From contig CP075492.1 in NCBI GenBank assembly GCA_021613535.1, positions 13,702,001 through 13,766,000 on the forward strand: a stretch of 64,000 bases of DNA, written 5' to 3'. The notes below the pieces were generated by a model. That model searched no databases. It saw only the letters and a list, made by a program, of their open reading frames with translations, and had not been told where the DNA came from. Below, piece after piece: positions 26,410-37,936 of the stretch. This stretch comes from Adineta vaga. Lineage: Eukaryota > Animalia > Rotifera. The translations under genes and the position numbers were made by a program. The number at the start of each line of letters is the position of its first letter. The first letter of the stretch is position 1.

Positions 26410-27061
26410 TACCAATGAATGTAAATGTGGATCGTAAAGTAAATGCTCCATTGAAAAGTGACGCTATAATTAAAAAATCGAATATCTTTTTTCTGAAAAC
26501 CGATGCTTACTTGTTGAATTATAGGTTGTATTTCCAACTGTAAAATATGCACAGCCACGAAGACCATTATTACAATCTAAGTCTATTTTAAGTATTCGTT
26601 CAACCAAGAATGAAGCTTATTTTATACAAAGGAATAATATATCAGTTATAACATAGTTAGATGGAAGGAATTCTATACTAACCCAAATTAGCATGATTTA
26701 TTTGAATAGTACGTACATACAGTTGATCATGATTTGTAGCATAAATAATATCGGCAATCGATGAGTTACGTTCAGTTGCATCGATATATGTATTCATAAA
26801 TTGTTCTTGACTAGGTTCATAGTAAGAAAATCCACGACTATTACATCCTTGACCAGCCGCTAGATTTGATCCATTAGCTAAACGAATTGGATTATTTTTA
26901 TTCAATTGAACATCACCTGGACTATTTGGCTGCGGTGGTGGTAGAATAAATGATGGATAGATCGGATTTGTAAATCCATAGATGCAATCCGTTGGGAAGG
27001 TAACTGCTATTTCAGCATTTATTATCCCACATAATAAAACAAATGTTAATAATGTTTTCAT
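26410..27061 (-). CDS. Putative secreted protein of unknown function, probably multi-exon or decayed
   Basis: Signal peptide MKTLLTFVLLCGIINA and a 127-aa ORF. Downstream exon-like pieces (DLDCNNGLRGCAYFTVGNTTYNST; SLFNGAFTLRSTFTFIG) end at GT donors. Confidence 0.45.
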
Positions 27062-27929
27062 CCTACTATAGAAAAAAACGAAGTTTCTTTGGAGAAAGAT
27101 AAGCTTTTTATATTATGTTCTTCTTTTCGACGTGTTCGTAATCATCTCAAGTATTCTGTCGACCTTTATCATTGATAATAAAAGATATATCTTGGTTATT
27201 TGCTAACAAGAATGAAAAAATAATTCATCGCAATGCGTTAGAACAATTGATGATTTGATCCTAATGAAGTTTTATAGTTTCATTTCATCTTTTGTGGAAA
27301 AAAAGTAACTATTATTTGTCATGTTATTCATCATTAGACATTCATTCGAATTTTTCTCTCTCCATGCTTTTTACTATACATTTAGTGTAATTGACTCATT
27401 TGAGCACGAAGCTAGTTCCAACTCCGTAATAGTTAGGGAAAAAAAGTAAAATAAAAATTTTGCTAATATTTTTTTTCTGACAGTCAACAGGTGTTCTTAT
27501 GACCGTGATGTATGTAGAAAAATAGAAGGCAAGCAACAAAAATGATTGCAAACATTATAAATATAGTTTCTTAGAATGATAAACACGTTCTTTTTTATTG
27601 TACTTATAGATCATTCTTCTCTATTATCCATTCTAATTGTATATTTCAAATGATATAATTCAAATGAATTAAAAATAGCTTTGAACTATTTCTACAAATA
27701 TTGTTTATGTTGATAGGTCTGTCGGGTGCTCATCGTTGGAATACAACTGGCATAATTATTCGTAAGATCTCAACGTTTTCTTCATCTTTAGATTCTATTT
27801 CGCTTTATGTAAAATTTTCATTTTGAGCAACGCTTTTCATATAAATAATTTTTATTTACGTGATCAACCATTAATTTAGTTACTGACTAATTTCACCTAT
27901 TTCTTCAATATTTCTATAGAGTAAACAAA

Positions 27930-28946
27930 TTACGATGCACAAGGTGATCCTATACAGGATGAATGAAACCATTGGCATCGATGAGTAGTAGTATTCACGA
28001 GTGTTGAGGGTGCATCAACTGGATACAGTCCAAGAATAACATGCCAAAGATGTTCAAATGTTCCTCCAAACCATTGAATACCATTGCCGAGTTCTTCATT
28101 TTCTCGTTTTGTTGTACAAATCGGTTCAAAATTAGCACGATATACTGACAACCATTGCTCATATGTATATCGATGAATACGTTCTTTCGTTACATAAAAT
28201 TGAGCACAACAAAAACCTGAGATTACATTTTCATCTTTTGGAGTCGTTTTTGTAGGATTTAATTGCGATTCACCATCATAACCAAACAGAGTCAAAATAC
28301 GTTTAGCACATTTATACATAATTGCTACATTATCATCAGGATCACGAGGCCAATATGTCCATGGTCGCTTACGAATCCATTCTCTTTCATCATTGATACT
28401 AGCGAAGTGAACATCATCACGAATACATTGTGCTGATTGAATAGGATTATGACTTGTATGTACATAAGGTTTACCATGCATAAATAACATTTTATCTGGT
28501 AAATCATGATAATGATCATGAATGAACTGTAGAAAGACGCCCGTTTCTTCATGTATATTGATACAATATGGCCAATCATAGGGAAATGTAGAATTAGGAT
28601 CGATACGTTGATAAAGATGAACATGATATGAGCGTGAAGTTTCATTTGACCAACCAAGTCCATGTCGAAGCCATTGTGGCCAACTCGGACGATTATTCCA
28701 ATCAATTTCTTTCCAAATAATTGGTATAACAACTAATGTATTTCTTGGCCATTTACTCAATTTAGTATTATTATTCGTTGTTTTTAGAGATATAATCAAT
28801 TGAGGTGTTGACATTTTCTGTGTTGTAATAGTCAACAAAATAATAGTAATAAGAAATGTACCAATCAGAATCATTATAGTTGTTGAACTAGATAAAAAAA
28901 TTAGAATTTGTTTTACTATGAGATATTTTCTATGTATTCTTTTCAT
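27930..28946 (-). CDS. DUF3431-family type II membrane protein
   Basis: EETGVFLQFIHDHYHDLPDKMLFMHG, CCAQFYVTKERI and FEHLWHVILG match DUF3431 motifs. N-terminal TM anchor; intronless. Confidence 0.8.
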   Translation of the reverse strand: MKRIHRKYLIVKQILIFLSSSTTIMILIGTFLITIILLTITTQKMSTPQLIISLKTTNNNTKLSKWPRNTLVVIPIIWKEIDWNNRPSWPQWLRHGLGWSNETSRSYHVHLYQRIDPNSTFPYDWPYCINIHEETGVFLQFIHDHYHDLPDKMLFMHGKPYVHTSHNPIQSAQCIRDDVHFASINDEREWIRKRPWTYWPRDPDDNVAIMYKCAKRILTLFGYDGESQLNPTKTTPKDENVISGFCCAQFYVTKERIHRYTYEQWLSVYRANFEPICTTKRENEELGNGIQWFGGTFEHLWHVILGLYPVDAPSTLVNTTTHRCQWFHSSCIGSPCAS

Positions 28947-30514
28947 GAGAAAAGAAAAAGTATCTCTCTCTCTATATGCAATATGATGTTCATTTACCTG
29001 TATTTTTTTCTAATCATGATGATCGATCGAAAATAAATTAGCAGTAACTCTAAAGTAATATATCGATAGAAAACAAATAAAACCAGTCACAATTAATAAC
29101 TCAATGTGATCGTTGTTTTCCGACGATAGAAAAAATAAAATGAAGTGTTTCTCGTTCTCTAGCAAGAAACACAAACATGCACTTCTTTCATCAAAAGATC
29201 ATTTTAAACAAAGAGAAAAAGGCGCGTTTGATGTTTTTTTTTTCATCGACGATAGTTAAATAAAACTAATATCAACATACGTCTTGAAAACCTCAGCATG
29301 TTCAATCAACATTTTAACATACTATGTGTTGTATACACACATATTTATGTTAACAGATTGCAAAACGTTGATGATAGAAATCGCGAAGAATAAGAAAAAG
29401 AGAATTTCAATAAAAATCAACTATTCTATTTTAGTTTTTTAATTAGCAAATAAAGAAATGATAAACACATAGTGAAGTCAGTTCTTTTCTCGGTCCCTTA
29501 TTTATAAGAGCATTGAAAAAAGGTTGAATGCTAATTCTACTACATGTAATTATATATTTTTTTGAAAATTTTGAAGTAACACATCACTTATACTTGACGG
29601 AAAATGTGAAATATTCACTTCTAAACTCTCCCTTTCCTTTTTTTAGATGCATCAAAAATAAGTGTATAGCACTTGTTACCGTTAGGTTTCTTTTCCTTGA
29701 TTGAAACCGTCACATTGATCGGAACAAATAATCGCCTTATGAATATATATATGTATAGAAGAATATTAGAAAGTATATAAGTACTCAATTACAACCACAT
29801 TCTTGAAATAAAAAAGGATGAAAAGAGTTAGTTTTATTGTGAGAAAGAAAAATCAAAAAACTGATTGGAGTCGCGAGTAAATTTTTTCAGTCTATATTTT
29901 GAACCTTTATGAATGATTGCTTCGTGAGGATGTGGGTATCGATTCTTTATTTCAATCCACACCATCAAGATATTCACTTATCAATATTGTTAGCTAATAT
30001 CAAGGTATCTGATGTGTCTTTGACAAAACAATGATGTGAAAATCAAAACACGAATACGATATTGAAGGTGAGACGAAGTTAAAAACGAATTTAAGAAAAA
30101 AAAAGTGTCATTCGAATAATTGCAATCTGAAATCTTTGTAAAAACTTTCCAATTTATTTTACTGAACGATTACAGACCATAAAATATTAATTTAATCTTT
30201 ATAATTGTTGTAAAAAAAAGCCTCGGTATTATTCATAATCTATAACATTTTCACTTGAAAGGTAAACAAATGAGAATAGATCATCATAAGAACTATAAGA
30301 TAAAAATGTATTTTACAAACAAAAACATTTATTTGAAAACATATTTATCTAGCATTTTGATTATTTCTTTAGAGTTATTAATTAGTTTATATTATTAAAT
30401 ATGATAAAAATCAACACTAATTTAGTACAAATGGTCTATTTGAACACTATTTTGTTGACAAGTTTTTGTCACAATAGCTATTTAAATATATTGAAACAAA
30501 AAAGAATCGAAGCC

Positions 30515-31503
30515 AGTCGATTTGATGGGTCAATCACGAATATTGACGGCATACTCGTCGGTCATAGTTCAAAAAAGAACGTTCTACTGGGTGTACAGTG
30601 ATAGTATGTAAAACAACATGTGTCGGAAGTGTTGATGTTCGCGGATCAGCTCCGGGTACGTGTGAAACTGATCTTCTCGATCCAGTTAATATGATCAATA
30701 CGGTGAATGCTACTGTCTTATCCGGTGGTAGTGCATTTGGATTAGATACAGCATCTGGTGTGGTTCGATGTTTAGTCAAAAAAAATATAGGATTTGAAAC
30801 TCGTGATCGTCGTATTCCTATTGTATCGGCTGCAGTCTTATATGATTTAAGCGTTGGTAATAATCCATTTATCGTACCTGATGCTGATCTAGGGTATTCA
30901 GCTTGTATGACGGCTACTAATTCACGTGTTAGTGAAGGTAATGTTGACGCTGGAGCTGGAGCTAGCATAGGGAAGTTATTTGGTATGCAACATACTATGA
31001 AAGCAGGTGTGGGTAGTACTTCGCTAACTGTTCGCAATTCAACCATGAATATCACTGTTACAGTAGGAGTTCTCGTTGCTGTTAATGCTCTTGGAGACAT
31101 CTATAAAAATGGAGTATTACTAGCCGGTGCACGAACAACAAATGGAAGACATCTGTTGAACACAGTCAATCATTTACTTGGTATAGATTTCAATAGTATT
31201 AACAATGTTTCTGCTGGAACGACAACAACGATTGGTTGTATAGTAACCGATGCTACATTAACAAAAGCTCAAGCTAAAAATGTTTCACAAATGGCAAATG
31301 ATAGATATGCTCGAGCAATCAATCCAATTCATACAATGTTTGATGGGGATACTATTTTTACATGAGCAACTGGAGCATAGACTGCTTCCAGTGTTAATCT
31401 AATCGGTTTAATGGTAGCTGAAGTGATAGAACAAGCCATTATTCGAGCTGTTGAACAAGCATCTAGCCTACCAAATCTACCAAGTTTACATGAACTACAT
31501 TGA
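30515..31503 (+). pseudogene. Peptidase S58 (DmpA/P1 family) pseudogene
   Basis: Motifs SITNIDGILVGH, TGCTVIV, VDVRGSAPGTCETDLL, VLSGGSAFGL, AVLYDL and HTMFDGDTIF. Frameshift in the A-run at ~30570-30576 and in-frame stops at 31363 and 31378 before the natural end at 31503. Confidence 0.85.
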
Positions 31504-32602
31504 ACAGGTCAGAAAATTTTATTTAGTATTATTTTATTGATACTATGCTTATTCTTGAACTACTTTTAAAAAGAAAATAAAGCTATAAACACTTATTAAC
31601 TTCCTTATTGTCTTGTTTTAAATATATATCCTTTTAAATTTGCAAACGTAGTGCGTTTTCTAACCTTCAAGTTCTAAAATTATACATATAACTGCGTACG
31701 TTTTGTTTTTCTACAGATTTTGCAGCCAGCAATACGCCCATTCCCGAATGAAAAATCAATCAAAAGTATGTATTTTAAATGAAAAAATATAATCGATGAT
31801 ATCTTTCGCTATATTTGTTGAATCAATAAACTACTAGTATAGTTGTACATTATTACAACGTAATATTCTATGGATATGCAGAATGGGATTGTCCTAATTT
31901 CAGTGTGAATATTGTACACGAATATAATATAAGTTTGCCTGCACACTCACAAATTCTTGATTGAATTATTGCGGAAGACTATCTCAATAGTAAAGCAAAA
32001 GAAAATTGGAAGAAAAAACATGTTATTTGATATTCGAATGTTGATGATGCAATAGAAGTTTTCTTTTTCTTCGTGACTCTGTAAACATTAAAGCGCAAGT
32101 ATTCAAACATATATTGGCGTGTTTTTTCCAACTTCACTTTTGGAAGTAACATCGATGGTTTCGTAAACTTTGTAAGCGTAATTTTCGAAGTAACTTGGAA
32201 AGAAAAACTTCGGGCATGATGAAGTATATATATACAATGAAAAAAAAAGAAAAAATTTCATTTGAAATATATTCATCAAAGGTAAGATTTTACACACGTT
32301 TAATGGTTGTAGGAGAAAAACATCGCGAAATCGATTGTTCAAAGAAAAGATATGAATATGCATAAGAAGTAGATTTTTCGTAACGATAACCAATATAATT
32401 ACCATCTGCGCTTGTGAAAATATTCTTATTTTTCGGAGGGTATAATTAGTGTGTGTAAGTTTCAGTTGAAGGGTTTTTGAGCTACTCTCTTCCTCACAAA
32501 TCGATTTATATTACAAAGAATGATCATAACATATGAATGACGTAAGATTAAACGTAATTATTATATTTATAGAAGAGATACACATTGATCAACAATCAGA
32601 AA

Positions 32603-33507
32603 ATGTCTACAATGTCTAATACAAAACCTGGGGTAGATATTATGATTCCATTCAGAATGTGATTTGTTACATGATTTTTTATATTTCAAGAGTTCGCTTC
32701 GTGACAGATATCGTCCTGGAAATCAAGAAGATAAACGTCAAAAGCTTCTAAAGGAAATCCAAGAAGATTATCTCGCCAACGGTGATTATAAAATGAAAAC
32801 GGTTCAACATGTCAATATTTTGATCATTGGCAGAACGCGCACTGGTAAATCAACCATCAAAACGTTACTTGTCGATCCAACAAATATTCCCGATGAGTTG
32901 ACACTGAAATCAGGTACAAAAGATCCACATTTTCAATCATTTCATTTGAATGAAAAGAATACTGTATTAAACATAATCGATACACCTGGTTTATTTGAAC
33001 GTAGTAGTAATGAAATTGATATTCGAGATAATGAAACTATCATGAACACCATCAAAATGTGTGCCAATATGGAAATTACAAAGTTTCATGCAATTTGTTT
33101 TTGTGTTTCACTTACAAATGGTATTAATGAACAAGATATAACATCAACTGAAAAACTAATCGAATATATGGGTCCAGAGATATCCAAAAATTCTTGTCTT
33201 ATTATAACACATTGTGAATCCAAAACCGAAGCACAACGCGAAAAGTTAAAAGAAGAATTAATACATGATGCGCATTAGTCTAGCTCGATCCAATGCTGCT
33301 GCCAAGAAGCAAATCGAGGCTGAGTTACAAAAGATTCAAGAATATGTTGAAGAGCAAGAACACGTTATCGCTGAGTTTCAACAGAAAGGAGCTTTCGACG
33401 AACAGCGAATAAAACAACTAATGAAAAACTATCGTAAGGCTGTTACCCAGCAAGAACAATTACGTTCACAACTGTACAAAGAAAAGGAAACAGATACTCG
33501 ATATTGA
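32603..33507 (+). pseudogene. AIG1/GIMAP-like P-loop GTPase with coiled-coil tail, apparently disrupted
   Basis: Exon 32603-32632 splices in frame to 32691. Motifs G1 GRTRTGKS, G3 DTPG, G4-like ITHCE. Stop at 33276-33278, with the coiled-coil tail in another frame (33265-33507). Confidence 0.65.
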
Positions 33508-33637
33508 TTTAATCGCAGAATGAACAATTATATTAACTGAAAGAATTTATAGTCGAGAGAGTGTGTGTCTATAATTTATTGACTTTAATAAAGAACTTTA
33601 CTTATATATTTATAGAACAAAACAAAGAGAAAAGGAA

Positions 33638-36349
33638 TTACAAAGTTAAAGATCCTATCTCTGATGGAAGTTTTTGTTTCGAAAAAGTTAAATCTTCCAT
33701 TGACATTTTAACTGGTTCTTCAGGTACAGCTATATCTTCTGTTGAGACTTTAATCGATTCTCTTGATGAAGATTTTTCTCGTTCTTGTAATCTTGTTATA
33801 AAATTTTTAATCACGTATCTTTTCTTCCATGCAAATGCTATCAATCCAATCGTACTAATTACACCAAATGTAATAAATAAACCAACCATAGATTCAATAG
33901 TCATAGCTTGTGATACTTCTTGTGCTTGTGAACAATAGGATGCTTGAAACCATTTCTTTTTCAAAGCATCTAATGAACCTGCTTCTCTTAATGATAGAAT
34001 TGTTACATCTAAAATTTGTTCATATTGCCAATTCTTTTGAAAAACAATGCCAAATGAACTTTGTTCAAAATCTTTTCCAACTAATGTTAGATTACAATAA
34101 ATATTATTTGTCACATATTCCAATACACCTGAATCCATAATTGATGCATCTATCAGATTATTCAATAGGTCATCATAAATTTCTTGTTTTAATTTTAATG
34201 GATAATAATTTTTATTTCCCGATGAAATTTCTCGTAAATAATATTCTTCAAGTGATGTACCGACTAATATTCCAATACGACTAAATGATAATCGTCCATT
34301 TTTAATATCATCAATACCATCGATAATATCTTTCGATTTTGCAATAGTTAAATCAGATGCTAAATTAGCTGTATATGCAGCAACTAGTACTAAACTTAGA
34401 ATATATAATGCAATGGCGACAACTCGACCAGCAGCAGTTGATGCATGAAAATCAACACCATAACCAACTATTGTACCCGATGAAAACCATAGACTCATAC
34501 CGATTTGTGAAAAAATGGATTTATTTCGTAATGCAGCATTATATTCTCGTTCGATTACAGCGAATAGAAAGCCTGCATAAATACAAGCAGCTAATAAAGT
34601 AAACCAAAGTTTGATAGAAAATGGTGATAAATATGAAAATAAACTTATATTTGGATTTAAATCTTTTCGAATAATTACACGTAAAGAATTATCAAATATC
34701 GAATCAGAAAATCCAACTACTTGTCTTCGAAGAGACGTAATTGTTGTTTGTGCAACAAAGATATCATATTCATCATTAGCAACAGCTTTAATCACTTGAT
34801 TAAATGTTAGATTCACTGTTAATGTTATATTGGGAATAAAACCCATACGAACGCGTAAAAGTTCAATTAAATCTGGCATATAACCCATTAATTTATCTGT
34901 TGTTACTCCGGCACTATCAGTAACTTGCCTTACCATTGTAAATGGAGCTGTTTCAATGACGGCAATACGTAAATTGACACCGGCAAGTGATGCATAACCA
35001 GTTGGTGTAATTAAAGAATTTCCTGGCCATACAACAACGCTTGTTGATGAATATAACGTCCAATCATGTGTAGACGACCATACTAAAACAGGTACAGCAG
35101 CAATACCATCAGAAAATAATTGAATATTCCTTGAAACATAATAGGTTCCATCCATACGATCAGTACTATTACTTGAAAATTGTATCGCACCAGATACACC
35201 AAGATATTTTATACTGTTGAGAATATTAAATAATGCAGTTGGATTGATAAAACGTCGATCGAAACAGAATTCATCACCAATAAATTGAATACACGATGAA
35301 TTATTCGTCATATTCATTGAACATAATTTTTGTAACGATTGAATTAATAACCAAGCTGCATCAAATGCAAATAAAGCATAATAATCGACATTATTGGCTC
35401 CTGGAAATGTTTCAGGTTCATATTCTTGCCAGAGATGATAAGCAGCACTTAATAATGTATCATTTATTGGTGCATTAACAACACTACCTACGACAGGTTC
35501 AATAGTTATGATTCCATTTAGTTTTGAATGAGAAGTTCGATTGAAACTATCCCATTCAATACTTGAACTCAAAATCCATGTGAATTGTGGACCAAGAACA
35601 TCAACACGAAGTGCATTATTTATAATTATTGTAGCATACGTACCCATCGCCCATAAGATGACAATTCGTGCTGAATTTTTTGTTAAAAGTGGTTGCAGAT
35701 CACCACGAATAGAGAGTGTTGCAATATCAAATATGATGGTATCAGTCACTGCTATATTTTGATCACTCAATGCGCTACTGATCGCATCCAAACCCCCTGA
35801 TCCAAATTCATCATTTTGATAAATAATAATACATTGTGTCCAATTAAATCTGATGAATAATTTTGCAATAGCCAATGCGGCAATATTATCTGAAGGAACT
35901 GTTCGATAAAAAGCAGGATAACTACGTCGATCTGATAGAGTAGGATCAGTTGCACTATACGATATAACAGGTATACCAAGTTTCGCAGCAAAAGAAGCCA
36001 TCACATGGGATTCTCGAGAATATCCTGGTCCGATAATACCAACGAGATTGGAATAATTTAAAGCGCGACATGTATTAGCAAGTGAATTCATTGCATCACC
36101 ACCTGTTAGAAATGATTGATAACCGAGAAATTGTCCACCGATCGTGATATTGTACTGTTGAGCAAGTATGACTGCCACTTGGAACATGGCCTGGGAATGA
36201 TATGACGAAGTTGTTGTTTCATTTGAATTGATTGTATCAGGAAAAAGACCGGCTAATTGTATATATGATGGATTTGATAAGGGCCATTTTGCATGTGCAC
36301 TTTGAAGAAATTGAATCACTATTAGAATTTTCAGCCATATGCGTAACAT
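33638..36349 (-). CDS. Ionotropic glutamate receptor, AvGluR1-like (K+-channel signature pore)
   Basis: Signal peptide, periplasmic-binding-type ATD, S1, M1, pore loop GTIVGYG, M3 AYTANLAS, S2, M4. Single exon, 903 aa. Confidence 0.95.
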   Translation of the reverse strand: MLRIWLKILIVIQFLQSAHAKWPLSNPSYIQLAGLFPDTINSNETTTSSYHSQAMFQVAVILAQQYNITIGGQFLGYQSFLTGGDAMNSLANTCRALNYSNLVGIIGPGYSRESHVMASFAAKLGIPVISYSATDPTLSDRRSYPAFYRTVPSDNIAALAIAKLFIRFNWTQCIIIYQNDEFGSGGLDAISSALSDQNIAVTDTIIFDIATLSIRGDLQPLLTKNSARIVILWAMGTYATIIINNALRVDVLGPQFTWILSSSIEWDSFNRTSHSKLNGIITIEPVVGSVVNAPINDTLLSAAYHLWQEYEPETFPGANNVDYYALFAFDAAWLLIQSLQKLCSMNMTNNSSCIQFIGDEFCFDRRFINPTALFNILNSIKYLGVSGAIQFSSNSTDRMDGTYYVSRNIQLFSDGIAAVPVLVWSSTHDWTLYSSTSVVVWPGNSLITPTGYASLAGVNLRIAVIETAPFTMVRQVTDSAGVTTDKLMGYMPDLIELLRVRMGFIPNITLTVNLTFNQVIKAVANDEYDIFVAQTTITSLRRQVVGFSDSIFDNSLRVIIRKDLNPNISLFSYLSPFSIKLWFTLLAACIYAGFLFAVIEREYNAALRNKSIFSQIGMSLWFSSGTIVGYGVDFHASTAAGRVVAIALYILSLVLVAAYTANLASDLTIAKSKDIIDGIDDIKNGRLSFSRIGILVGTSLEEYYLREISSGNKNYYPLKLKQEIYDDLLNNLIDASIMDSGVLEYVTNNIYCNLTLVGKDFEQSSFGIVFQKNWQYEQILDVTILSLREAGSLDALKKKWFQASYCSQAQEVSQAMTIESMVGLFITFGVISTIGLIAFAWKKRYVIKNFITRLQEREKSSSRESIKVSTEDIAVPEEPVKMSMEDLTFSKQKLPSEIGSLTL

Positions 36350-37598
36350 TTGTCCACAATGTCAGAATGAGAAACTGATGAAAGTTTTGGTAACACAAAT
36401 ATATAAAATCAATCAAATATTTTGTTTTTCTCTCGTCACTTATAGTTATATCTTTCTCATTAAATTTCCTTATTCTCCATAATTATTCGAGCAAAATGAG
36501 AAGAATTTAATGATTGAAATGATTTTCAAAATCGCATATCTATACGATAATGAATGTCATAACGAAAAGTACGAAGAAATAAAAAGTAATTAGTATTGAG
36601 AAAAAAAAGATTGTTTTCGTATCATCTATTATTGTATACATACCTTGATAACAACATACATATATCTTCAGAAACACTTGTTTTTTTTTGCATATAAATA
36701 TCAATATAATATGTCATAAAAGATCAATTATTTCTCCTTTCTTTTTGATTGAAGTTTTGTTCTGGATAGAAACTATGCCAACGATTTAACTATAGAATTT
36801 TGTCCTTTCAGATTTTACATGTTGAGATAGATATGAAGGAAAAAAAAGAACGTGTTTTATATTCTATCGTAATGCATTTGCGAATTGTTTTGCAGTTATA
36901 AGAGAATAGTAAATGTCTATATTGGTTATTAAAATATATATGTCATGTTGTAAAAACATGATCTAAATACCTGTTTTTCATCCTACTGTAAAGAAGTGTG
37001 GAAATGAATTTTATATATTGGATAGTACTGCAAAGCACCAGCTAAATTTTGTGTTCAATTATTATTTCGTTTGTACATATTTAAAGTGAATAATTTTTAA
37101 TTGACTAAGAGAAAATATTTTGTCCGAAGCTATACAAAGATGAACAACAATAATATCTAATATAAGTATTAGAAATTAGGTTTAATAGGTGATAAAAAAG
37201 CAGCTATGAGTAATCATATTCGGTCATTATGTATGTTTCTTTGTTTCAAAAGTCCATGAGTCATAATACTAGCTTACTATAATTGGTTTCAATTCATTTG
37301 ATGTATTAACATTGTTTTATTAAAATATTTTGATGGAGAAAAGCACTCAAAGTTGATTCGTATTAACGATTGCTGGCGGTTCTCGCTTTTTTCCTTTTGG
37401 TTCTGTTCTTCAATTTGATATTCTGGATTCATTCTTTTTTGTTGGTTCTACAGATATTTTTCTCTGCTACGAGTAAACGTCGAGTAAGATTGTACAGTCT
37501 CTTGTTTATTCTTCACCACGGATATATGATTTTACGTTGGATAGTTCTCTGTTGAGTACCCTATTTAGAAAATATAATAAGTATACCTCAATACAATT

Positions 37599-37863
37599 AA
37601 TTGTATCGAAAGATTGCTCTTTCATGACATCGATTTATATATTGGGGATGAAAGAAATAATGGTGACATATTTACTGGTGATTCTTTTCATTCTGTCATT
37701 CGTAAAGAAAGTTCTTGACGTCAGATGTTAAAATTGTATCGAATAATTATTCTTTTGTGACATCGATATATATTGGGACTGAAAGAAATAGTGGTCACAT
37801 ATTTACTGGTGATTTTGTTTCATCTTGTCATTTGTAGTGAAAGTGTTTTACATCAGATGTTAA
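37599..37863. repeat. Two-copy diverged tandem repeat, ~133-bp unit
   Basis: 37599-37731 and 37732-37863 both run aattgtatcgaa...tgacatcgat...tgaaagaaata.tggt.acatatttactggtgatt...tcagatgttaa. Confidence 0.85.
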
Positions 37864-37936
37864 GAATCAGTGGAAGACCGAGAAAAGGAAATATCAAATA
37901 AGTGAATGATTAATTACTGTCGGTTGTCTCCAGATA

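Noticed and set aside
30534-31100. 188-aa minus-strand ORF and similar antisense ORFs (3534-3719, 6978-7250, 25545-25826, 33561-33938)
   Set aside because: Shadow ORFs opposite well-supported coding sequences.
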